20,000 nt of DNA, from positions 52,348-72,347 of IMG/VR virus record IMGVR_UViG_3300014964_000592. One strand, written 5' to 3'. Source of the DNA: an uncultured virus (IMG/VR IMGVR_UViG_3300014964_000592). Lineage: Duplodnaviria > Heunggongvirae > Uroviricota > Caudoviricetes. The notes beneath the pieces are model-generated. The model did not search any database. It saw nothing but the letters and a program-made list of their open reading frames with translations, and was not told the origin of the DNA. Of the stretch, positions 1 to 9,200 are shown piece after piece (position 1 is the first letter of the stretch; each line of letters opens with the position of its first letter). The translations under genes and the position numbers were made by a program.

Positions 1-1
1 T

Positions 2-3000
2 GAAAGCGGAAAGCTGAACGGATGGACTTTTGAGGTGCAATTCACCAAAGACAAGGATGGCTCGGCTATCTGGGAAATAGTCAGGGATAACGAGGTCTTC
101 ATACCGAATGAAATCCTATGCCCTGAAATCGGCGACCAGTTTGTGCTGACCGGCTTTGATATATCGGTTGTCGATGACCTTTATGTGGAAGAAGCGGAAA
201 AGGAGCTGCTTGACAAGGCGACCAAATACCTTGAAAAGCTAAACACCGACCCATCTACATACGATTGCACAATGATGCCCGACGTAATGAAAGCCGGGCT
301 GACCCTCGGACTCGGAAAGCGCGTCAATCTAATCAACGATGCGTTCATTGAAACCACCACCGACGCAAACGGAAGAAAGTGGGGTCGCAAGAGCCGTGTC
401 ATTGGCTATGAAATTCCCCTTGATATTCCGTATGACAATCCCGTCTACACCATTGGTGAAAAGGCGGCATATTCCCGCTTTGGTGAAATTGAAGACAAAA
501 TCGACGCACTGAAATTCTCCATGACCGCAGGCAAGAATTACCTTGGCGGTTACTATTCCGATGGGTCTTCATCATCCAATGGCGGCATCTACGTCATCAA
601 GCAGACCGACATCACGCCGGCAAGCGAAATCAACGTATTCTCGGCACTGCGCAGCTACCTTGAATTTACATCCAAAAAGGCAAAGGAAATCATCAATTAC
701 CTTTGGACTTTTATGCAGGGCATCCGCGTAGGCAACTATGTGATGAATAACGATGGCGCGAAGATTGACCCCAATGGCGATGCGGAATTTAACGATGTCG
801 TAATCCGCAAGGGTGCATCGGTAGGTACTGACCTTAATGTTGGCGGTGATGCTACTGTTGGGAACGAGCTAACTGTCAAAAAAGGCGTGACCATCGGCGA
901 CTACTATCAGCCGGGTGCGTATGGTGGTCGCATCTGGATTGATGGCCTTGGAAAAGTACACATTGAAACCGACTATCTTGATGCAAGGGAGAAGATTGAA
1001 GCCAAAGAGGTGGAAATTCAGGAAGAAACCCACGTCGGTGGCTGTCAGATTATATCCCCGGCGGCTATGCGCTGCTCAAGGGTAATTCCAATATACAATG
1101 ATGCCAACAGCGTTGTTGCTTATAAATGTTTCTTCACTGCGGAAGATGAAACCGGCACTCAGATTTTCAACCAGTTTGAGGTCGGTGACTTGGCTAAATG
1201 CGAAACATTCAACCTGACCAAGCAGCCAAACGGAAAGATGGGCAACCATTATTATTGGCGCAAGGTTACGGAGGTCGGCTACGTCAACAAGGGCGATGCT
1301 GATTACGATGACGATTTCGGTATGGAGGGTTATATTGTTGTTTCCAACTTGCCGAAAGAAAAAGATACGGGCAGCGATGCTCCTTTGGCCGGCGACCGCA
1401 TTATTACCGTCGGCAACGATGACCCGGCAAAGGCAGACCGCTCCAATCTTATCATCCTTGCAAGCTACGGAAGCGGAAGCCCCTACATCTATCAGTATAA
1501 GGGCATCAACACCTTTGCGCTGACGAAAGACAATCTCAAGGTGGCAATATCACCCAACGGCAACCTTTTCACCGGTAAATTCGTCATTGAGAACGGAACG
1601 GAAGAAGTTGATGTCGTTGACTACATTGAAAACAACATCTATCTTGAGGCATATCAGCTTGTACTTTCCAACGAGATGGCCGGTGTGCCTTGCGATGTCA
1701 ACGGCAATATTATCGGCGACCTGCCAAGTTCAAAGATTACAGTCTTTAAGGGCAAGACCGTTGAAACCGACTGGACTCTTTCATCGGAAGCCATCGGCTG
1801 TAAGGCATCCATCGTTTCTGACCATGTATATCTATCGGAATTGACCGACAAGAACGCCACGGTCACGATTACAGCCACAAAGAAAGACTGCCCCACGCTG
1901 ACAAAGGTAATGACCATCTGCAAGCTCAAAGAGGGCGAAGCGGGCGTTTCCGGCGACCACGCAGTGCAGTTTGAGATTGAGCCTGACAAGCCCATGGTGC
2001 TTGCCGACATGGATGGCGTGTGCGACCCCGCCAACCTTGGGTGTAAGGTCTACATGGTTATCGGCAATCAAAACCGCGTTGAGGTTCCACTTGCCAACAC
2101 TGCGGCCATCACGACCTACAAGGCAGGCGATAAATTGCTTTTCTTCAACGGCAGATTGTTTGTCAGCCGACCCGTTGAAGTTGATGTTCCCACCGACCTT
2201 GTTTTGCGTTACGTCATCGTCAACCAAGACTATGTTACCGATGAAACAACCGGCAAGGTGTCGCCAGTTATAACGTCGGAAACAGAGCATATCTATACCG
2301 GCAAGGCTATTGAGATGTCGGCAAGGATGAAACACATCATCTTCAAACTATATCGTGGAAACACACTTATCGACATGCAGACCGTTGTTGTGACTACCGA
2401 CGCATCTGCGATGAAAGTGGTGTATGATACGCGCTTTGAGGTCAATGAAAAGGAAATCTTTGCCCATGCAAGCCGAATATCGCAGACGGAAAAGGATATT
2501 GCCGAGTTGCGCATTACGGCAGATGGCATTTCCGCGAACATCGGCAAACAGATGGGCATCATTCAGGACATCATCAATGGCGCAGGGCGAAATCTTCTCT
2601 TGAAGACCAACTCGGCAGGTGTATGGAAATACGCATCCGACAGTATGTCTAACGCATCGACCATAGGTCTTCTGAACAATCCCAACAACGCCACCAATTT
2701 CTATGTAGCACCACGCACCGACTCCACATACGAGATATTCTACTATCCCATTCGCCCGGAACTGATAAAACAGGGCGAAAAGTACACGTTCACGGTCAAC
2801 ATCAAGAATAAGACCAATTCGGTGTCTGACGTTCTTGAGTTTTACGCAGTGATAGCAAACACCAACTCGTCTGTACAACTGACGAAAACGGCATACTTTG
2901 ACGTGGTTGTAGGAAATGGCGAGTACCGATTGACCGTTGAACTTGAAGCCAGCGCAACGGGAACAAAGACCGGTACTCAAGTGCTGATTTTGGGTATTGT

Positions 3001-5290
3001 GCCGGCAAGAATAAACACATGGACTGCCATCTCGCTTTGGCATCCCAAACTTGAAAAGGGGTCAACAGCCACCGCATATTCCGAAGCACCGGAAGACCGC
3101 GAGGATTACCTTTATGCCGAGCTGAACACCAAAATCGACGTTACGGCAGAGGGGTTGCGGTCAGAGGTTACAAAGAAGATTGGTGAGTCGGAAGATAGGA
3201 TTAACGCTGAACATAAATCCCTTATCCAGCAATCAGCCGATGAAATTCTTGCACAGGTGGAAGCATGGGATGACGAACTTGGCGCAAGTATATCGGAAAT
3301 ACGTCAGACCGCAAACAGCATCAGCCTTAAAGTGCAAGAGCTTGCCGGCTACGAAAACCTTGTGACTGGAAATAGAACTGGAACTGGTTGGCTTTTACAA
3401 GACTATACCACTGGTGAATTTGTAGACACCACCCCAGACGAGAATGGTCAATACATAATAGCCGTTGGTGATACGTCGGAAAGAAGATTGCGTACATCTC
3501 TTTTCAATCTTCAAGCAAATACCAAATACACCCTTTCGTTTGTGCGTGGTAGTATAAATGCTAACACGAGTGGCTTTGCCATTGAAATAAAATATGGGGA
3601 TGCAGGAACTATTTTGCATAGCAAAACATTCCTTGCTAATGCAATGGTGAATGAAATCCGCGAAACGCTGACTTTCACAACTGGAGATAGTGTGGTAGAG
3701 AACGCTTTCATCGACTTTATCCATCGTGGAAATCGCCCCAACGTGCAAATGTCAACCATGATGCGCATATCGCAAGTAATTCTTGAGATAGGCGAAATCG
3801 CACACCCTTATGTGGAAGACGCGACAGGTTTGTTGGCGACAGGTATTGATATTATCAATAGGAAGATTGTATTCACATCCGACAATATCATATTCCGAAA
3901 CAACAAGGGCGAGCAGTCTATGTTCATAGACAAGGATGGTCGTATCCTTGCAAAATTTATCAATGTAGAAGAGTTGCACGTAGACCATCTTATCGCCGGT
4001 GATGAAGATGGCGAATGTGTGGAAATAGACCCCGTTCAGAAAGCTATCTACATCTATGACATTAACCATGAGCTTTGCACGACCATAAACGGTGAAGCGC
4101 ATCCCGGTGGTATCAATGAAATTTACAAGGAAGTTACAGGTGGCTCAATAGACCTCTATACAGCTATAAATGGCAACCAAATATCAAATGGCGGTTTTAG
4201 CTTTTACGGAGATAATTCAGGCATAGAAAAATCGCAGAATTATAAGGTATATTCCAAATCATGGCCGGCAGATGCCGCACCTATTGTTGAATTTAGTCAA
4301 GGCCGTATCTATTGCCACGCATACGCCCCCGGTTTTTACAAGCAAAGGAAAGATAATTTATCATACGGTGCTGATACAATCGTCAGCATGGAAGATATGA
4401 GGCCATATTTCGCATCGGTCTATGTATCGGTTTGTCTGGAGGTTGCGGATGATGAGAATTTCACCCAAAATGTAAAAACTTTCGGCATACATAATACGGG
4501 AGTGGGCGCAGATTCCGGGTTGAAAGATCCGACAAATATCTACGAGGGTCAATATTGGTACGAACCCGATGACCGCAACAACATCCGCGATTACGACCCA
4601 GCATATTCCCTGATGGATAATAGACGAGTTAAGGCTACGAAAAAAGGTTATTGCAGAATTGTGATGACTATCAATTTCCAAGCAAAGGGCTATAGAAGTT
4701 ATGCGGAAGTAAAGTGGGGGTCTAATCATAGCGGCAGCAAAAATCTTGCAGCATCATGGAGTGGCGAGTTCTATGTCAGCAATTTCTTTGCCAATGGATA
4801 CTGTCTTGGTATTTCCAAAAATCAGTATGTGACGGCTTACAAGGACAAGAACGACCACATGCACTTTGAAGTGGAGGATGTCAAGTACGGAATAAAAATA
4901 TCAGACGATGGTATAAAGATTAAGCATCACAGCGGCAATTTTATGCCGATGCCGTTGCTTGTGTATCGCGCCAATATTTATTACACATCATCCTCTAATA
5001 CATACGGATCATCTAAGTCTACATCCTTTGACGGAAACTACCCGACCATTTCAAAGGTTGGGGATAACGCCGGGCTTGTGCGCATTAAATTCCCTGATGC
5101 GTGGAGTGCTTTGTCGCTATCCGAAAATAACACCATTGTTCACATAGAGGGATGGTCGAGAGCGTCAAAAAGCACATTCCGGATGAAAGGTAGTATCCGT
5201 AGTATATCAAATACGGAAATAAAAGTTGAAATATCCGATGACGCATCAGCTAACGATGGCGATTTTACCATTGAAATTTATGTAATCTAA
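2..5290 (+). CDS. Large phage tail-tip / minor tail (host-specificity) protein, 5'-truncated by the window edge
   Basis: The frame is open from base 2 (GAA AGC GGA AAG...), so the GTG at 35 is probably not the real start. It has tail-protein features: coiled segments (SLIQQSADEILAQV, ISEIRQTANSISLKV) and two beta-sandwich modules (GRNLL...KLEKGSTATAYSEAPED and GYENLV...ILEIGEIAHPYVED). It lies upstream of the DGR and lysis genes. Confidence 0.75.
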   Translation, partial: ESGKLNGWTFEVQFTKDKDGSAIWEIVRDNEVFIPNEILCPEIGDQFVLTGFDISVVDDLYVEEAEKELLDKATKYLEKLNTDPSTYDCTMMPDVMKAGLTLGLGKRVNLINDAFIETTTDANGRKWGRKSRVIGYEIPLDIPYDNPVYTIGEKAAYSRFGEIEDKIDALKFSMTAGKNYLGGYYSDGSSSSNGGIYVIKQTDITPASEINVFSALRSYLEFTSKKAKEIINYLWTFMQGIRVGNYVMNNDGAKIDPNGDAEFNDVVIRKGASVGTDLNVGGDATVGNELTVKKGVTIGDYYQPGAYGGRIWIDGLGKVHIETDYLDAREKIEAKEVEIQEETHVGGCQIISPAAMRCSRVIPIYNDANSVVAYKCFFTAEDETGTQIFNQFEVGDLAKCETFNLTKQPNGKMGNHYYWRKVTEVGYVNKGDADYDDDFGMEGYIVVSNLPKEKDTGSDAPLAGDRIITVGNDDPAKADRSNLIILASYGSGSPYIYQYKGINTFALTKDNLKVAISPNGNLFTGKFVIENGTEEVDVVDYIENNIYLEAYQLVLSNEMAGVPCDVNGNIIGDLPSSKITVFKGKTVETDWTLSSEAIGCKASIVSDHVYLSELTDKNATVTITATKKDCPTLTKVMTICKLKEGEAGVSGDHAVQFEIEPDKPMVLADMDGVCDPANLGCKVYMVIGNQNRVEVPLANTAAITTYKAGDKLLFFNGRLFVSRPVEVDVPTDLVLRYVIVNQDYVTDETTGKVSPVITSETEHIYTGKAIEMSARMKHIIFKLYRGNTLIDMQTVVVTTDASAMKVVYDTRFEVNEKEIFAHASRISQTEKDIAELRITADGISANIGKQMGIIQDIINGAGRNLLLKTNSAGVWKYASDSMSNASTIGLLNNPNNATNFYVAPRTDSTYEIFYYPIRPELIKQGEKYTFTVNIKNKTNSVSDVLEFYAVIANTNSSVQLTKTAYFDVVVGNGEYRLTVELEASATGTKTGTQVLILGIVPARINTWTAISLWHPKLEKGSTATAYSEAPEDREDYLYAELNTKIDVTAEGLRSEVTKKIGESEDRINAEHKSLIQQSADEILAQVEAWDDELGASISEIRQTANSISLKVQELAGYENLVTGNRTGTGWLLQDYTTGEFVDTTPDENGQYIIAVGDTSERRLRTSLFNLQANTKYTLSFVRGSINANTSGFAIEIKYGDAGTILHSKTFLANAMVNEIRETLTFTTGDSVVENAFIDFIHRGNRPNVQMSTMMRISQVILEIGEIAHPYVEDATGLLATGIDIINRKIVFTSDNIIFRNNKGEQSMFIDKDGRILAKFINVEELHVDHLIAGDEDGECVEIDPVQKAIYIYDINHELCTTINGEAHPGGINEIYKEVTGGSIDLYTAINGNQISNGGFSFYGDNSGIEKSQNYKVYSKSWPADAAPIVEFSQGRIYCHAYAPGFYKQRKDNLSYGADTIVSMEDMRPYFASVYVSVCLEVADDENFTQNVKTFGIHNTGVGADSGLKDPTNIYEGQYWYEPDDRNNIRDYDPAYSLMDNRRVKATKKGYCRIVMTINFQAKGYRSYAEVKWGSNHSGSKNLAASWSGEFYVSNFFANGYCLGISKNQYVTAYKDKNDHMHFEVEDVKYGIKISDDGIKIKHHSGNFMPMPLLVYRANIYYTSSSNTYGSSKSTSFDGNYPTISKVGDNAGLVRIKFPDAWSALSLSENNTIVHIEGWSRASKSTFRMKGSIRSISNTEIKVEISDDASANDGDFTIEIYVI

Positions 5291-5301
5291 AAATCCCCAA
5301 T

Positions 5302-5763
5302 ATGCCCGAATTAGATACAACCACAAAATATCAGCTTACCGAAGCGGAAAAGACCGATTTGGTCGCCCAGCTCAAGCAATCCTTTACCGATGGCTCTACA
5401 AAGGTGGAAATATCGGAAACATCCAAGGCTGACATCGTTTCGCAGATTTCAAACAAGCTTTCATCCGGCACGTTATCCGTGAACATCAGCGAAGCCGATA
5501 AAGCCGACATCATCCAAGAAGTGCTTGCGGAACTGTATGCAAAATCACAGGGCACCGCGACATTGGAAAAGGTCGGCAATCTTGACGGCGTAACATCAAT
5601 CCCGGCGGTCAGAGATGATAAAGACATCGTAGCCGTGCCGCTCAATCTTCTTATGACAAGCAAGCCCATAGAGGTTAGCGGTCAGCAAGACATCAATATT
5701 CTTGTGGCGCAAGGCAAGATAGTTGACTCCCAGTTTTATTTCACCCCCGTAGAAGACGAATAA
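5302..5763 (+). CDS. Phage hypothetical (tail-associated) protein with three 25-aa internal repeats
   Basis: 153-aa ORF starting 11 nt after the tail gene. Repeats LTEAEKTDLV / ISETSKADIV / ISEADKADII start at 5335, 5410 and 5485 (75-nt period). Confidence 0.75.
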   Translation: MPELDTTTKYQLTEAEKTDLVAQLKQSFTDGSTKVEISETSKADIVSQISNKLSSGTLSVNISEADKADIIQEVLAELYAKSQGTATLEKVGNLDGVTSIPAVRDDKDIVAVPLNLLMTSKPIEVSGQQDINILVAQGKIVDSQFYFTPVEDE

Positions 5764-5764
5764 T

Positions 5765-5938
5765 ATGCTTTGGATTGGAAATAAAGAGGTCGGTCAGCTT
5801 TGGATAGGCCAAAAGCAAGTGCAAGCCCTTTATGTCGGAGCTAAACTTGTATGGGAAGCCGTCAGCAGTTGCTTCGGTAGCGGCTTTTGGCGAGAAAAGC
5901 TACCATGGAAAGGGAAAGACGCATGGAAAAATTTTTAA
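5765..5938 (+). CDS. Small Trp-rich phage protein, 57 aa (not in ORF track)
   Basis: Manual translation: MLWIGNKEVGQLWIGQKQVQALYVGAKLVWEAVSSCFGSGFWREKLPWKGKDAWKNF*. The ATG is 1 nt after the previous TAA. From memory it resembles small genes found upstream of Bacteroidales phage DGR targets. Confidence 0.75.
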   Translation: MLWIGNKEVGQLWIGQKQVQALYVGAKLVWEAVSSCFGSGFWREKLPWKGKDAWKNF

Positions 5939-5961
5939 CCCCAAATACTGTATAACGAGTT

Positions 5962-6210
5962 AAGAAAATCACAAAATGGATTAAGGAAAGCAATCGCTAC
6001 AAGCATCTCGCAGGGGGCATCGCAATAGGCATGGTCAGCAATACGCCTTATTGCGCTGCCCTTTGCGGCTGTGGCGTTGCATCCGCACTTGAGCTAAAAG
6101 ATAAGCTCTGGGGCGGTGAATGGGATTGGATAGACTGGTCGCTGACCGTCGCCGGTGTCGCCATCGGCTATTCCATCCGAGTAGGCATCACATTACTGAT
6201 TAAATCCTGA
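5962..6210 (+). CDS. Small phage membrane protein (~82 aa), start codon uncertain (not in ORF track)
   Basis: Manual translation: KKITKWIKESNRYKHLAGGIAIGMVSNTPYCAALCGCGVASALELKDKLWGGEWDWIDWSLTVAGVAIGYSIRVGITLLIKS*. It is hydrophobic and its TGA ends 5 nt before the next ATG. There is an in-frame TAA at 5953, and the first ATG is at 6031. Confidence 0.6.
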   Translation, partial: KKITKWIKESNRYKHLAGGIAIGMVSNTPYCAALCGCGVASALELKDKLWGGEWDWIDWSLTVAGVAIGYSIRVGITLLIKS

Positions 6211-6215
6211 ACGCT

Positions 6216-9200
6216 ATGGCAAAAGGCAAAGACGAAAAAATCCCGAATATTAGCACTCCTTGGGAGGGCTACGCCGGCAGTCGCGTTGAGGAATTTATCA
6301 AGGCGCGATTTGCTTCTTCGGTGGGCTATCTTCATCGCCCTCAAGAAAAAGGCAGTGACAACAACTATCACCTGTATGGCTTCGCAAGCGAAGACGATTA
6401 CAAGGAATGGAACAGCGACCCCGATGCAAACGCCCATCTGCTGCTGACTGACGTGGCTTTGCCGGAAAGCGGTGGCGGTGGTTCAACTGCAACGAGCTAC
6501 ATCGTCGGTCTTTACACCGACTCGCCCAGCAACATCGTGACAACCGACAACACGGTCAAGCTGAACATTCGCTTTACATCGGAAGAATACAACCCCATCA
6601 CGCAGACAACCGAGTCTACGACCGAGGGCGGTACGTTGACGGTGCAGACACGACTGAACGCACAGTCATCGTGGGTTACACGCGGAACGATAGAAAACAT
6701 CCCGTCTATCCCGGCATCTTCTACTAACGAGTGGTGGCCTATCGACATCACCAACATGTTAAGCAACGGCACACAGCAAGTCCGATTGATTGTGAAAGGC
6801 GATACAACGGAACTGAACACCCGCTATCTGCAATTCACCGTCACAAAGACAACGCTCGGCCTTACTTTCGCTACGCAGTGGGAACGACCGATTACGGATG
6901 GCGTTATGCGCCTTTCCTATTATGTCAGTGGCGCGGTCAGCAAGACCCTGCATATCAAGATTGACAGTCAGCGCGAGGTAGAGCGCAACATCGGCACGTC
7001 GGTTTACACCGAAACACCTATACAGGTTGACGTTTCCGACACTGCGGCTGACACTATCAAGGTATTAACCCACGGCATCCATCAGATTGAAGCGTGGATT
7101 TCGGTCAACGATTCCAAGATTGAAAGTGAACATATCTTCTCACAGGTCATGGTCGCCGCAGACCCCAGCGACACAACTCCGCAGTTTATTCTTAACGATG
7201 TCAAGAGCAAGCTGACCAACTGGACTGCGGAACAGATTTTGACCTATGCGGTTTACAATCCCAGTGGCGAGGCTACGCCTATCAAGTTCATTCTTGAAAG
7301 CTACAACGGCGATAAGCAGTACATGACCCTTGATGTCGGAAACATACCGAGTCAGGTAAGGCAGACGCTTAACAACGTGATTGAAATCGACTCCGAAGAA
7401 ACGACCATCAACGCCTACATGCGCTTTATGTCAGGCGATATGGTCATTCATCCCGTGCTTGGCTTTGAGGTTGACAACTCGGAAAACTTTTCACCGACAA
7501 GCAATCCCGACTTCATTCTGAACCCACGCTCACGCACCAACGACGAAACAAATCCGCAGTCTATCATCAATGCGGCCACCGGTGAGGTCGTTCCGTCTAC
7601 GTGGACTAAATTTGGCCTTAAAGCCGATGGTTGGATTGAAGACAGCAACAAGCAGCGTTGTCTTCGCGTTCTTGCCGGGCGCACCATCAACATTGAACTT
7701 GAAACGCTCAAGGACTATATCGGAACAAACAACCGCTCGTCGCTGACGGTTGAACTTGACATCGCCACACGAAACGCTATCAACACCGACATACCGGTGC
7801 TTCGCATGTGTTCCTATCGTGACGATGGTGGCCCGCAAGGTTTTGAGCTTCGCCCATGGCAGGCCGTCTTTATGACCCGCGACAAACGTGAGCGTGAAGA
7901 CCAAGATGTTATGATAGGGGAAAACGTGCGTACACATATCGCCCTTAACATCATCTATGGCATTAACGGCACAAGCCAGAACTATGTCCGCATATTTGTC
8001 AACGGCATCATCAACCGCGAGTTTGAATGGAGTCCGGAAGACGAATTTGTGCAGTACGTCAATGGTGTTAGGACTTCGCAGGGCATACGCATTGGTTCGG
8101 AATACTGCGACATCGACATCTACGGCATACGCATCTACAACCGTTCACTTTCGGCAACCGACATCCGACAGGACTACATGGCATCACTGCCGACCGTGGC
8201 TGAAAAAATCGCTTTCCGTGAAGCCAACGACATTCTGGGCGACTCCAACCTTATCAGCTACGCCAAGACCCGCGAAAAGTATAACACCATCGTTATCACC
8301 GGTCAAGTGCCGTCTTTCTCAACAGGCAACATCAAAACCAAATGCGATTGGGAAATCCACATCGTCGGCGACCCTGAACATTCCGGTACGCTTAACAATA
8401 TGACCACAAGCGGCCAAGGTACATCCTCTCGTTCATATTGGAAATGGAATTTGCAGGGCAAGCCCAATGATAATACCGACTGGGTTGATGAACTCGGCAA
8501 CCACCACGGCGCAGGGCATCAGCTTGATGACACTGTTCCGTTTGCTACAAAACTTGTAGCCAAACTGAACTGGGCATCGTCGCAGCAGTCGCACAAACTC
8601 GGCTCTTGCAACCTCTTCACCGACCTTTGGCGCAGATGCACCGGCGGCAGTGCCATCACCAATACCCCCGGCTTTGAGAATTGCCGTGTGTCGGTCAAGC
8701 AAAAGCCATTCTTCATGTTCATACGACCTACGGCTGACGCAGAGCCGGTGTTCTATGGTCTTTATACCTATGGCCCCGGAAAGGGCGACAAGCCTACATT
8801 CGGATACGACAAGAAGAAATTCCCCGACTACCTGATGATTGAGGGTTGCGACAATGGCGAGCCTTTGACCAACCATCGCATCCCTTGGAACGAAGACATC
8901 ACCATCGGTGGCGATGAAGACGAGCTTATCATGTTCAATGGTAAGAAGCAGTGGGAAATCGACATGGGCAATTCGGACTCCCTGCCGTATTTCAAAGATG
9001 CTTTCAATTTCATCTACCTTTGCTCACCCCATATTATTCCGTATGCCGGTACGCTTGCGCAGTTGCAGGCGACAACCGACTTGGAAGCAAACCGCCAGAA
9101 GATGTATTGGGTCACTCAAGCATCGGGCAGTTCATCGGCACGTTACGACCTTTACCGCTATGACGAGCTGACGGCGCAGTGGGTTGATGCCGGTGTAGCC

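Noticed and set aside
5100..5290. Second VR at the end of the large tail gene
   Set aside because: No similarity to TR and no post-stop hairpin. No other TR-like copy was noticed in the window by manual scan.
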